NCBI GenBank assembly: GCA_963816145.1
Contig: CAWFJP010000011.1
Coordinates: 1 to 64,000, forward strand
DNA from: an uncultured delta proteobacterium
GTDB taxonomy: Bacteria > Desulfobacterota > Binatia > UBA9968
Direction: 5' to 3'
DNA: 64,000 nt
Shown here: positions 10,535 through 20,328 of the stretch, in pieces
Position numbering within the stretch: the first letter of the stretch is position 1
Layout: every line of letters starts with the position of its first letter
The notes under the pieces: model-generated
What the model was told of the DNA's origin: nothing
Seen by the model: the letters and a program-made list of their open reading frames with translations, nothing else
Database searches by the model: none
Translations under genes and position numbers: made by a program

Positions 10535-12232
10535 TTAATGCGGCCCGCGCACCATCTCCTCGGCGTGCTTGCGGGTCTGTTCGGTGATCTTGACCCCGCC
10601 GAGCATGCGTGCAACCTCGCCGATGCGGTCTTGCTCCGAGAGCTTCTGCACTCGGGTGAAAGTCCGCCCCTTTTCGACTTCCTTTTGCACCACATAGTGG
10701 CAGTCGGCCATGGCGGCGATCTGCGGCAGGTGAGTGACGCTGATGACCTGGTTTTGGGCCGCGACCTGCTTCAACTTTTTGCCGACGATTTCGGCGACCC
10801 GACCGCCGACGCCGCTGTCGACTTCATCGAACAGCAAAGTCGACACGACACCGGGCGTCATGACCAGGGATTTAAGCGCCAGCATCAGGCGCGACAATTC
10901 GCCGCCGGAGGCGATCTTGGCCAACGGTTTCACCGGTTCACCAGGATTGGATGAAAAGTAAAATTCTACCTGGTCCATGCCGCGTTCGCTCAACCGCTTG
11001 CCGGCAATGAAAAACGGCGGTGCGTCGGGTTTTTCATCCTGATTCAAGAAACGCACTTCGAAGGCGGTCTCCGCCATGCCCAAGCCGCGTGCCTCCTTTT
11101 CCAGCTCTCGGCGCAGTTTCTTTGCCGCGCGCTGGCGTTCAAGGGAAAGCTTCTCGGCACAATCCCAGGCGGTCCGCCGCGCCGCGGCAAAGTTTTTTTC
11201 CAGGGCGGCGATCTGCTCTTCACTATTTTCCAAATGGCTGAGCGATTGTTGGATCTCACTCTCCAGCCTGAGAATATCGTCGACGCTGGCGTTGTATTTA
11301 CGTTTGAGCCGCTGGATCTCGGCCAAGCGGTCTTCAAGCTGCTCCAAAGCCCGCGGATCGAAATGCACCCGATCGGCGTAACGGCGCAATTGCACCGCCG
11401 CCTCTTGCAGTTGTGCCAGGGAGGATTGAATCAGCTCTTCGGTCGCTTGCAGGTTGGGATCGATAACCGCCAGCTCGCGCAGCTTGGTCGCATACTTGCC
11501 TAGCCGGCCGACCAGCGCCGCGTCGCCTTCGTACAAGAGCTCTTCGCCCTCGCGGCAGCCGAGATTGAGTTTTTCCGAGTGGCTCAGAATATTCTTACTC
11601 GCCCGGAGTTCCTCTTCTTCACCCAACTTGAGATGAGCCTGGGCGATCTCTTCGGCTTGGGCTTCGAGATTAGCGCGTTCGCGGCGCCGCTGGTCGAGCG
11701 AGTCACGGGTATCGTTAAGTTTGTTCCACGCCGCCGCCAGCGCGGCGTACTGTTGCTTCATCGCCAAGGCCAGTGCGTCGACATCGGCGAAGGCGTCGAG
11801 CAGGTTCAAGTGAGTTTCCGGTTGCAGCAAGCTGTGATGCTCATGCTGGCCGTAGATATGCACCAAAGCGCCGCCGATATCCGCCAACAAATTGAGCGGA
11901 CAAAGGCTGCCATTGAGGTAAATGCGGTTTTTGCCCGAGCGATTGAGGATGCGTTTGATCACGAGCTCGCCGTCGAGCTCGAAGCCGGCATCGGCGAGTT
12001 TGGCCTCGATGAGCTTAGGGACACCATCGAATAAGGCTTCGACCGTCGCTTCATCCTCCTTGTGGCGAATGATGTCCGAGCTACCGCGTTCTCCGGAGAC
12101 AAGCCCCAGGGCATTTAAGATAATCGACTTACCCGTACCCGTTTCGCCGGTGATAATATTCAATCCCGGCCCGAGCTCCAGCGCCACTTCGTCGATCACC
12201 GCAAAGTTTTTGATTCGCAGCTCGCGCAACAT
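10535..12232 (-). CDS. recN: DNA repair protein RecN
   Basis: GETGTGKS Walker A, IYGQHEH, ASGGELSRLMLALK, FDEVDSGVGG; 565 aa. Confidence 0.97.
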   Translation of the reverse strand: MLRELRIKNFAVIDEVALELGPGLNIITGETGTGKSIILNALGLVSGERGSSDIIRHKEDEATVEALFDGVPKLIEAKLADAGFELDGELVIKRILNRSGKNRIYLNGSLCPLNLLADIGGALVHIYGQHEHHSLLQPETHLNLLDAFADVDALALAMKQQYAALAAAWNKLNDTRDSLDQRRRERANLEAQAEEIAQAHLKLGEEEELRASKNILSHSEKLNLGCREGEELLYEGDAALVGRLGKYATKLRELAVIDPNLQATEELIQSSLAQLQEAAVQLRRYADRVHFDPRALEQLEDRLAEIQRLKRKYNASVDDILRLESEIQQSLSHLENSEEQIAALEKNFAAARRTAWDCAEKLSLERQRAAKKLRRELEKEARGLGMAETAFEVRFLNQDEKPDAPPFFIAGKRLSERGMDQVEFYFSSNPGEPVKPLAKIASGGELSRLMLALKSLVMTPGVVSTLLFDEVDSGVGGRVAEIVGKKLKQVAAQNQVISVTHLPQIAAMADCHYVVQKEVEKGRTFTRVQKLSEQDRIGEVARMLGGVKITEQTRKHAEEMVRGPH

Positions 12233-12244
12233 ATTCCGCTAGAA

Positions 12245-13096
12245 CTAGCGCTCCCCCCATTTGAGCTTTTCGCGCAGGATCTCGTAGTAACTGCGCGACG
12301 GCAGCTTGATGAGCGATACCGGCAGACCAAAGTCGCGCGCCTCGACTTTGTCGCCGTTGTTAAGCCGCACGCCCTTTTGACCGTCGGGACTGAGAATCAC
12401 CGTGTCGCCGAAGGAGCGCAGCGTTACGTGAATCGGCGCGTCGCTCGGCACGACGATGGGCCGGTTGGTCAAGGTATGCGGACAGATTGGCGAGAGGACA
12501 ATCGCGCCCAAGGTCGGCTCGAGGATCGGCCCCGCCGCCGCCAGTGAATAGGCCGTAGAACCGGTGGGCGTGGAAATAATTAAACCGTCCGCCCGATAGG
12601 TGCACAGATATTCCGCGCCGACATAGGTCTCCAAGTCGATGATGCGACTGCGCGCACCCTTGGCGATCACCGCGTCGTTGAGCACGCGGAAGCGGCGCAT
12701 TTGGCCTTTCTTGCTGATCACCCGGACTTCCAGGGTCATGCGTTTTTCGACTTCATAATCGCCGGCGAGAGTTTTACTCAGCACCGATTTCAATTCGTCG
12801 ACCGCGACCTCGGTGATAAAACCCAAGCCGCCCATATTAACGCCGAGGATCGGCACCTCGGGCCGTTCGACCAGCGGCGCGATGTTGAGCAGCGTGCCAT
12901 CGCCGCCTAGGGAGATGATCAGATCGGCCTGGACCGCCATTTCCTTCTTGGTGCAAGATTGCGCGCCGCGCGGCGCCAAGCCATTTTCGACGCAGACCTT
13001 CTTGCCGCGCTTCCTGAGCCAGGGAATTAGCCAACGGACCATCCGCGCGGCCTTGGGTTCATTATATTTGGCGACGAGTCCGACGGTGCGAATCAT
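12245..13096 (-). CDS. nadK: NAD kinase
   Basis: GGDGTLL, LNDAVI, ADGLIISTPTGSTAYSLAAAGP. Start re-assigned to MIRTVG at 13096 because the ORF extension is repeat DNA. Confidence 0.95.
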   Translation of the reverse strand: MIRTVGLVAKYNEPKAARMVRWLIPWLRKRGKKVCVENGLAPRGAQSCTKKEMAVQADLIISLGGDGTLLNIAPLVERPEVPILGVNMGGLGFITEVAVDELKSVLSKTLAGDYEVEKRMTLEVRVISKKGQMRRFRVLNDAVIAKGARSRIIDLETYVGAEYLCTYRADGLIISTPTGSTAYSLAAAGPILEPTLGAIVLSPICPHTLTNRPIVVPSDAPIHVTLRSFGDTVILSPDGQKGVRLNNGDKVEARDFGLPVSLIKLPSRSYYEILREKLKWGER

Positions 13097-13164
13097 AAGG
13101 GAAGGTGCTCCATCGGGGAGAGTATCACATGGCCAAAAAAAAAGTCCATGACGACGCTCGCCAA

Positions 13165-13475
13165 ACCCAGCACGAATCCAAGATTCAAGGATTCGGATGA
13201 TTCTCCCGCCAACAGACTGTGTCGCAACTGTCATTCCGAGGTGAAGCCGAGGAATCTCTTCTTCGTATGTGGCTGAAAACGCGAGATCCCTCGCTGCGCT
13301 CGGGATGACAGACGTGGGGCATTCGCGCATTACGACACAGCCGCCAAGGCGCAAAGGCGCGAAGTTCGGAAAGCCCTTTTTTTCCTTCCCGCCTTGGCGT
13401 TCTTGCTGGAGATATTCCGTTTTCTTTTTTGCGTTTTTTGCGCGCTTTGCGGTTAAATATCCGATTCCGGATAAA
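13165..13475. repeat. Cluster of nested REP/MITE-like elements
   Basis: TIR-like ctgtgtcgcaa (13217) / ttacgacacag (13330) enclose tgtcattccgag...ctcgggatgaca and are flanked by ccgccaa direct repeats. They are followed by gccaaggcgcaaaggcgcgaag...ccttggcgttcttgc. Confidence 0.7.
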
Positions 13476-13492
13476 GCGCCGAAAAACACTAA

Positions 13493-14428
13493 TCAAACGA
13501 CCAGATTACGCAGACGGGAGCTCAAGTAGTCGACCAGCATGACCAGAGCGATCAAGACGAGCACGATGGCCGCGGCTTCTTGGTACTGAAAGGTCCGAAA
13601 GCTGGTGTTCATCAAATAGCCGATGCCACCCGCGCCGATGAGCCCCAGCACCGAAGCGGCGCGGATGTTGGTCTCGAAGCGATAGAGCGTAAACGAGATC
13701 AAGTCGGGCAGGATCTGCGGCAAAACGGCGAAGGAGAGAATCTGCGGGTAACCTGCGCCGGTGGCGCGGATCGCCTCGACCACGCCCTCGTCGATGTTCT
13801 CCACCGACTCGGATAATAGTTTGCCCAACACAGTCGCGGTGTGAATCGCTAACGCGATCGTGCCGGCGAATGCGCCCAGGCCAACGGCGGCGACAAATAG
13901 CAGACCCAAAGCTAGATCGGGAATCGTCCGCACCAGATTCAGCACCAGCCGCACGCCGTGATAGACCACCGGATGGGGCGCGGTGTTGCGTGCGGCGAGA
14001 AAGCCCAACGGAAAGGCCACCAGCAAAGCCAGGAAAGTTCCGGCCAACGCCATCTGGATGGTTTCCAGCGTCGCCCCCATCACCGTCTGGGGAAAAGTAT
14101 TATCCCACCAACGTTGTCGAGCCCGCGCATCGGCCTCGCCCAACGGCGCCGGCAACAACAATTCACTCCACGAAAGCTTGTCCGGAAAGTAGTAGTACTT
14201 GGCCTCGGTGATTTTGGCAAAATCCGGCGGCAGCATGCGCGCCAGCGTCTGGCCGATCTGCGGTATACCATCGATCAACTCCCCCGGGCGAATCTTCGCG
14301 CCATGAAACGACCAGGCCAAGAGCACGACGCCGATGCTCAGGGAGACAAAAGACTTCTTGCCGCGTCGGGGTACCGGTGGGGCTTCGAGAAAAATATTTT
14401 GTTCTAAGCTTTCGCGTGATTGTGCCAT
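13493..14428 (-). CDS. phnE: Phosphonate/phosphite ABC permease
   Basis: ETIQMALAGT, RTIPDL, GKLLSESVE, EAIRATGA, ETNIRAASVLGLIGAGGIG. Confidence 0.92.
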   Translation of the reverse strand: MAQSRESLEQNIFLEAPPVPRRGKKSFVSLSIGVVLLAWSFHGAKIRPGELIDGIPQIGQTLARMLPPDFAKITEAKYYYFPDKLSWSELLLPAPLGEADARARQRWWDNTFPQTVMGATLETIQMALAGTFLALLVAFPLGFLAARNTAPHPVVYHGVRLVLNLVRTIPDLALGLLFVAAVGLGAFAGTIALAIHTATVLGKLLSESVENIDEGVVEAIRATGAGYPQILSFAVLPQILPDLISFTLYRFETNIRAASVLGLIGAGGIGYLMNTSFRTFQYQEAAAIVLVLIALVMLVDYLSSRLRNLVV

Positions 14429-14744
14429 GGTCTTTGTTTCAAACAATTGCCGGGCTGACAAAGCGCCGGCGATCTATGCTCTGAGCCCCTGGGTTACCAT
14501 ACCGGCCCAGCTAATATCACGTCGCAGCGACAAATTCTTGGGGAGTTGATGAACGTTGGCGCGCGCAATCTCTGCACCATCGCACGGGTGCCGGCGCGAT
14601 GCTATGCCTGCGCCGAGACGTCTATCCAGCCTTAGTAAAACTCGCAGATCAGAAACCATCGCTGATTTTTGCAGCGGGACCGTTAAGCGCGACACCGAAC
14701 AACACGGTCGATCGCTGTGCGCTTGGCAAGCTTGACGAATCTGC

Positions 14745-14940
14745 CGGCTCCAAGCCGAGGGGTTCTGAATTCGTCGACTAGAAGTCGACTCTTCCTTTCG
14801 TCATTCCGGCGTAGGCCGGAATCCAGGTCTTCTTTGGCCTGCCAACGAAACCGAAGATGGATGCCGGCCTGCGCCGGCATGACAACTACTCTCTTCGCCT
14901 GAAGGCGAGGGATTTCAACCATCCCCGAAAGGGACATTAG
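14745..14940. mobile_element. ~195-bp non-coding composite element, copy 1
   Basis: Colinear with 29715..29922: aagccgaggggttct...gtcgact-gaagtcgac...gtcattccggcgtaggccggaatccag...ggatgccggcctgcgccgg-atgac...ttcgcct-aaggcgagg...tcaaccatccccga. Confidence 0.75.
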
Positions 14941-14955
14941 CCAACGGCGCGCTAA

Positions 14956-15735
14956 TTACGACTCGCACGGCCCATAGACGGAATCGACGATACTATCGGT
15001 GAGTTCTACCGTGGCGCCGTCAAAGACGATCCGGCCGTCTTTCAAGCCAACCACCCGGTCGGCGTATTCCCGGGTCACGTCGAGAGTGTGCAAGCTCACC
15101 AGCGCGGTGATGCCGTCTTCGCGGCAGACGCGTTCGAGAATATCGAGCACCACGCGCGACAGTTTGGGATCGAGGCTCGACACCGGCTCGTCCGCCAGGA
15201 TAATCGCCGGCTCTTGCATCAAGGTTCGCGCAATGGCGACGCGCTGCTGTTCGCCGCCGGACAGTTCATCGGCGCGCCTATAGGCGTGATCGAGCAGGCC
15301 GACACGTTTCAAGTTGACCAGCGCGCGACGGCGCTCGTCTCGGGAAAAGATCCGCAGCGTACTGCGCCACGCCGGTTGATAACCCAAGCCGCCGGAGAGC
15401 ACGTTGTCGATGACCGACAAGCGTTTGACGATATTGAACTGCTGAAAGATCATACCGATGCGCCGTCGCACATGGCGCAGTTGCGAATTGCCGAGCTCAA
15501 GAATATCGATCACACCGCCACTCCGGCCATCGAGTAGCGCTGCTGGGACGACAATCGATCCGGCGTCGACTTCGATCAGACGATTGATACTGCGCAGCAG
15601 CGTCGACTTGCCGGAACCGGATGGCCCGATCACGCCAACAAATTCCCCCTGCTCGATTTTGAGATTGATGCCGCGCAGCACCGGCACGGCACCGTGGTAA
15701 GAAGTCTGCAGGCCGCGAATCTCGAGAATGGTCAC
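14956..15735 (-). CDS. phnC: Phosphonate ABC ATPase
   Basis: GPSGSGKSTLLRSIN, IGMIFQQFN, LSGGEQQRVAIAR, ADEPVSSLDP. Confidence 0.93.
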   Translation of the reverse strand: MTILEIRGLQTSYHGAVPVLRGINLKIEQGEFVGVIGPSGSGKSTLLRSINRLIEVDAGSIVVPAALLDGRSGGVIDILELGNSQLRHVRRRIGMIFQQFNIVKRLSVIDNVLSGGLGYQPAWRSTLRIFSRDERRRALVNLKRVGLLDHAYRRADELSGGEQQRVAIARTLMQEPAIILADEPVSSLDPKLSRVVLDILERVCREDGITALVSLHTLDVTREYADRVVGLKDGRIVFDGATVELTDSIVDSVYGPCES

Positions 15736-16655
15736 GGTTGCTTTTTCTGCAGCGCCTCTTTGAGCGGGATGCCGGCGTCAATGAACGCCCGGCGCACCGA
15801 GTCGTAGTCTTTATCCGTGGCGCTGACGAAGCCGTCGATCTGGTACAGCTCGCGCAGCATTTTCTTGCCCTCGGGATCGCGCGAGAGATCGACGAAGACT
15901 TTCTCGATCCTTTTCGCCAGGCGTTCGTCGAGACTGCCGTTGATCACGAGATTATCCGCCGGTATCGGCTCCGAAAAAGCGATGGCGTGAATTTTCTTGA
16001 CGTCGTCGGGATTTTTCAAGTAACGCATCCAGGCGGTGTCCTGGCTGTCCGGCGAGTTGGCGTAGGTCGCGCCGGCGTCGACTTTACCGTTGAGCACCGC
16101 CAGCACCGTGGCGTCATGGCCGCCGGAGTAGAGCACCTGCTTGAAATCGCGCACCGGGTCGATGCCATGCTCTTTGAACATCTTGCGCGGAAACACATGG
16201 CCGGTGGTCGATAACGAATCGCCGAACGCAAACGTCTTGCCGCGCAGATCCTCGAGGGTCTTAATGCCGCTGTCGGCGCGCGTGATGATCGCGGCATAGT
16301 ACGCCGGAATGCCCTTGCGCTCCGACTTGAGCACGACCTTGACATTGGTTTCGTTTTTGGCGAGCACGTAGGATGCCGGCGTCAGGAACGCAATGTCGAG
16401 CTTGTTGGCACGCAAAGCTTCGACCACGCCAGTGTAATCGGTGGCCACGAAAGGCTGGATCTCCATCCCCAATTGCTGGCGCAGAATCTCGACCACCGGC
16501 TGGGCGTTCTGCATCACTTGAGCGGCGTCTTCCGCCGGCACGAAGCCGACGCGTAAAACTTTCGGCGCCTTGGCCGGCTCCCCGCAGGCAAACCATGTAG
16601 CCAACGCGATCGCCGCCACAAGGAGCGCAAGATGTCGATTTTTCATAAGCCGCAA
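15732..16655 (-). CDS. phnD: Phosphonate/phosphite/phosphate-binding lipoprotein
   Basis: ATDYTGVVEALR, FGDSLSTTGHVFP, SGGHDATVLAV; lipobox-like WFAC. Confidence 0.9.
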   Translation of the reverse strand: MRLMKNRHLALLVAAIALATWFACGEPAKAPKVLRVGFVPAEDAAQVMQNAQPVVEILRQQLGMEIQPFVATDYTGVVEALRANKLDIAFLTPASYVLAKNETNVKVVLKSERKGIPAYYAAIITRADSGIKTLEDLRGKTFAFGDSLSTTGHVFPRKMFKEHGIDPVRDFKQVLYSGGHDATVLAVLNGKVDAGATYANSPDSQDTAWMRYLKNPDDVKKIHAIAFSEPIPADNLVINGSLDERLAKRIEKVFVDLSRDPEGKKMLRELYQIDGFVSATDKDYDSVRRAFIDAGIPLKEALQKKQP

Positions 16656-16726
16656 TCAGTGATACTGAATGCGCCCGCGCGGTGCAATCGTTTTGACTTT
16701 TCCCAGTGGAGTGTTAGTAAACCGGC

Positions 16727-17575
16727 ATGCAACGCTTTTTACTTGCGCTAAGCTTAGTGGGCCTGTTCGCGGCCGGCTGCACCACCGGTACCAGCCTCAC
16801 GCCGCGCGATCTGGCTGGCTTGTCTCAGGCCTCGACCCATCGGTTCATATTCGGCAGCGCCGGCGGCAAAGCCGAAGGCTTTCTCACCCGCCCCAAAGGC
16901 GACGGTCCTTTTCCGCTGATGGTATTGCTCCATGGTCACAGCTTAGTCGGCACCGGCGCGCGTTACTTGTTGCCGGCGGCGGAGGTCTTCGCCGGCGAGG
17001 TTTGTTATGCCAGTCTTACCATCTCGTTGCCCGGTTACGGCGACACCGACGTCCCGGCCGGGTCGACGTGGGAAGCAACCCGCCAAGTCGTACACGATGC
17101 GGTTGCCATCGCGAAAACAGTTCCCTGGGTCGACCCCCAACGAGTCTACTTCTATGGATTTTCCCGCGGCGCGGTGGTCGCCGCTGCGATGATCAATCAG
17201 ACCCCGGGCGTGAAAGGCGCGTTGCTCCAGTCCGGCGCCTATGATTTGCCGCGGCTTTACCGCGAAACTTCGAACTCGTGGTTGCGCAAGCTGCTCAATC
17301 CCAAAGGCGAGGCCGAGCCCAAATTACAGAATCTCTTGAATGAAACTGACCGCTGGCCGGGAGCGACACTGATCTTGCACGGCGGCCAGGACTCGATAAT
17401 TCCTCCGGCACAGGCAAACTTGCTCGACACACGCTTGCAAGCCCTCGGCAAACCGCATCGCCTGGTGCTCTACCCTGGGTATGGCCACCGCCTGCCGCTG
17501 AATGAAATCAAGTCGGAAGCGCTACAGTTCTTAAAGGATAACGGCGGCTCTGCCTGCGCGGTTAACGTTCCTTGA
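16727..17575 (+). CDS. Alpha/beta hydrolase lipoprotein (S9 peptidase / dienelactone hydrolase-like)
   Basis: Lipobox AAGC, nucleophile elbow GFSRG, LHGGQD and GYGH triad motifs. Confidence 0.8.
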   Translation: MQRFLLALSLVGLFAAGCTTGTSLTPRDLAGLSQASTHRFIFGSAGGKAEGFLTRPKGDGPFPLMVLLHGHSLVGTGARYLLPAAEVFAGEVCYASLTISLPGYGDTDVPAGSTWEATRQVVHDAVAIAKTVPWVDPQRVYFYGFSRGAVVAAAMINQTPGVKGALLQSGAYDLPRLYRETSNSWLRKLLNPKGEAEPKLQNLLNETDRWPGATLILHGGQDSIIPPAQANLLDTRLQALGKPHRLVLYPGYGHRLPLNEIKSEALQFLKDNGGSACAVNVP

Positions 17576-18410
17576 TCTCTTCAAGCAGCTGCGCGGCATT
17601 TTGTTTGTGCTTAGCGTCGTCGGAGAACTGTGCCGGCAGCTCAGGGATCGACTTGAGCAGCGCGCGCGCCGCTGGCCATTCGGACTTGGCGGCATGGCTG
17701 CGCGCCAGTTCGAGGCGCGAAACGATCACCGTGGGATTGAGCGCCACGGCTTTTTTCAAGTACTCGATGGATTTTTCCAAACTGCCTTTAGGCAGACTCT
17801 TGCCGTAAAGCATCGACGCGAACATTCGGCTCGCGCCGCCGATCTCGGCGACCTTGCGGTGCCAAACGCCGTAGACGTGATAGGCCGAACCGTTCTTGGG
17901 GTCCAACGCGATGGATTTCTCCACCTCGTCGCGAATTTCGATCGATAGATCCACTTGCTTGGACATCGGCGAGACCACGGCAATGCTGCCCACCGCGGCA
18001 GCGATCCAGAAATGGCTCCAGGTCGAGTTGGGATCGACCCGCATCGCCTTGCGCGCGTAGTCTTGCGCGATCGTGTATTCTTTCAGTTTGCGCTCTTGCC
18101 AATTGGCGCCGTTCTCGGGCAAGAGATCGCCGATGTCGATGTAGGCGCGGGCGAGCTTGACCAGGGCTTCAAAGTTGTTGCCATCGGCGTGAAAAATCTT
18201 GAGCAGCTCCGCAACCGCTTCTCTCGGTTTGAATTGGCTGTACAAACGATCGGCGCTCTTGTGCAACTGCGCAAGGTCGGCGCCCTCATAACGGCAGCAA
18301 GCCGCTTTCGCCTCGTCGCTGGCGGGGCTGTCCGCCGCCTGGGTTGGCGTCGCCCAGATCGCGAACAGGTATAATAGCACCAGAGCGAACCGCAGCTTCT
18401 TAGCGCTCAC
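17562..18410 (-). CDS. Secreted TPR-like protein (RMDN-like repeat pattern)
   Basis: Signal peptide, then helical repeats (ARKAMRVDP, EKSIALDP, LKKAVALNP). GTG start at 18410 inferred. Confidence 0.75.
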   Translation of the reverse strand: MSAKKLRFALVLLYLFAIWATPTQAADSPASDEAKAACCRYEGADLAQLHKSADRLYSQFKPREAVAELLKIFHADGNNFEALVKLARAYIDIGDLLPENGANWQERKLKEYTIAQDYARKAMRVDPNSTWSHFWIAAAVGSIAVVSPMSKQVDLSIEIRDEVEKSIALDPKNGSAYHVYGVWHRKVAEIGGASRMFASMLYGKSLPKGSLEKSIEYLKKAVALNPTVIVSRLELARSHAAKSEWPAARALLKSIPELPAQFSDDAKHKQNAAQLLEEIKER

Positions 18411-18420
18411 TGGCAAATCC

Positions 18421-18792
18421 CTATCGTAATGGAATCGGCTTCCCGGCTTCATCGACAGCAACATAAACCACTTCCGCCTCAGTCACTTTCACGCGCAGCG
18501 TCGCATCTTTGGCCCGCTCCGCCTCCACGCTAACCCTCACCGTTACCGAAGTGTTGCCTTCGCGTAGCACGGTTGTGTAAAAACTCACGACATCGCCGAT
18601 GTAAACCGGCGCGATGAACTCTACCTCGCGCATCGCCCGGGTGACGAAAGTCCGCGCCGAGCTGCGCGCCGCGGCGATGCCTCCGGCCAAGTCGATATGG
18701 CTCAAGATCACCCCGCCGAAGATCGTGCCGCGCGCGTTGGTATCGCGCGGCAGCATCGTTACCCGCAGTGTCGGATCGCTGGCCAAAGCCAT
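18421..18792 (-). CDS. Acyl-CoA thioesterase (YciA-like hotdog fold)
   Basis: [44 protein letters not shown]. Confidence 0.9.
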   Translation of the reverse strand: MALASDPTLRVTMLPRDTNARGTIFGGVILSHIDLAGGIAAARSSARTFVTRAMREVEFIAPVYIGDVVSFYTTVLREGNTSVTVRVSVEAERAKDATLRVKVTEAEVVYVAVDEAGKPIPLR

Positions 18793-18848
18793 TCGTGATG
18801 TATTAAACGAAACTGGTGGCAAAATTCAACTGAAAAACGCGGCTAAGA

Positions 18849-19769
18849 TCATACCAGATAGAGCCAGCCAGCGTATTTTTCCCCGCTCTTGCCTTTGATG
18901 ACATCGAAGAAGGCCTGTTGAATATCTTCGGTCACCGGGCCGCGCCGGCCGGCGCCGATCTGCCGGTCGTCGACTTCGCGGATGGGCGTTAACTCCGCCG
19001 CCGTGCCGGTAAAAAAAGCTTCATCGGCGATGTACAGCTCATCGCGCGTAAAGCGTTCTTCGGTCACCGGGTACCCCTTGTCGCGCGCCAAAGTTATTAT
19101 CGAATCCCGGGTGATCCCCGGTAAGATCGAGGTCAACGGCGTGGTTTTGATTTTTCCATTGCGCACGATAAAAATATTCTCACCGCTCGCTTCCGAGACA
19201 TAACCTTCGGTGTCGAGCATAATCGCTTCATCGTAGCCGGCCTTTTTCACTTCCGCCTTGGCGAGCACCGAATTGACGTAGTTCGCCGAGGTCTTGCTTT
19301 TGGTCATGGTGGCGTTGACATGGTGCCGTGTGAACGACGACACCTTGGCGCGAATGCCGTTCTTGATGCCCTCGTCGCCCAGGTAGGCGCCCCAGGGCCA
19401 CACGGCAATGCATACGTTGACGGGATTGTTGGGCGCGTAAACGCCGAGTTCGCCGAGGCCGAGAAAGGCCAACGGCCGCACATAACAAGCTTTGAGCTTG
19501 TTGACGCGAATCACTTCCAAGGTTGCCTGGCACATCTGCTCGACCGTGTAGGGCAGCGGGAAGCCCAATATTTTCCCCGAGTCGACGAGCCGCTGCATAT
19601 GTTCTTGGAGACGAAATACCGCTGAGCGTCCGTTTGCCAGTTGGTAGCAACGTATCCCTTCAAAATATCCTGTACCGTAATGCAGTCCATGGGAGAGCAC
19701 ATGGATCTTCGCATCCTCCCACGGCACTAATTCGCCATCCATCCAGATTTTTTCGGTTTTGATCGACAT
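18849..19769 (-). CDS. ilvE: Branched-chain amino acid aminotransferase
   Basis: HGLHYGTGYFEGIR, EASGENIF, ILPGITR, FFTGTAAE. Confidence 0.96.
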   Translation of the reverse strand: MSIKTEKIWMDGELVPWEDAKIHVLSHGLHYGTGYFEGIRCYQLANGRSAVFRLQEHMQRLVDSGKILGFPLPYTVEQMCQATLEVIRVNKLKACYVRPLAFLGLGELGVYAPNNPVNVCIAVWPWGAYLGDEGIKNGIRAKVSSFTRHHVNATMTKSKTSANYVNSVLAKAEVKKAGYDEAIMLDTEGYVSEASGENIFIVRNGKIKTTPLTSILPGITRDSIITLARDKGYPVTEERFTRDELYIADEAFFTGTAAELTPIREVDDRQIGAGRRGPVTEDIQQAFFDVIKGKSGEKYAGWLYLV

Positions 19770-19894
19770 AAGCGCTCTTTCCAATTTTTTGCCATTGTAC
19801 GTTTCACTGCGGCCATCATCAAGCCATGGGTGGCATTTGGCTCATATCTCGCCGCCGACAACTTTCGACAGCGAAGTCTGATTTGCCAGAAAAC

Positions 19895-19927
19895 AAAAAA
19901 GGCCACCCGGTTTCCCGCGGTGGCCTC
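19895..19927 (-). terminator. Intrinsic terminator of the HU gene
   Basis: Minus strand ggccacc-gcgggaaaccg-ggtggcc-tttttt. Confidence 0.8.
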
Positions 19928-19945
19928 CAACGGTAAACCGAATGG

Positions 19946-20215
19946 CTATAATCCCTTTTTGAGCACCGGGGCGGCTTTGAAGCCGACGGTGCGACTGGCT
20001 TTGATACTGATAACATTCCCTGTCTGTGGATTGAGGCCCTTGCGCGCCTTGCGTGAGCGCACGGTAAAGGTGCCAAATCCGGGAACCTGGAAGCGTTTGT
20101 TTTTTCGGATCGCCTCGGCGATTCCATCGAAGGTCGCATCGACGGCCTCCCCCGCCGCGAGCTTGGAAATCTTAGCGCTCTTAGCGACCGCGTCGATTAA
20201 CTCTGCTTTGGTCAT
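19946..20215 (-). CDS. hup: DNA-binding protein HU
   Basis: MTKAELIDAVA...GFGTF...ARKGLNPQTG...FKA; 89 aa. Confidence 0.95.
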   Translation of the reverse strand: MTKAELIDAVAKSAKISKLAAGEAVDATFDGIAEAIRKNKRFQVPGFGTFTVRSRKARKGLNPQTGNVISIKASRTVGFKAAPVLKKGL

Positions 20216-20328
20216 TGCCTTTCACCCCCCCTGTGAAAAGAACCTGTGGAATCAAATCGATCAGCAGCCTCCGCTGCCGAGAAACAGTCGGAGATACTTG
20301 CCAAATCGCGGCGAAAAGTCAACAAAAT

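Noticed and set aside
13097-13489. 131-aa N-terminal extension of the nadK ORF
   Set aside because: It is read-through of the repeat cluster; kinase similarity begins at MIRTVG.
14683-14937. Short ORFs here and at 29613..29976 that resemble each other
   Set aside because: They are translations of the repeated non-coding element, not a protein family.
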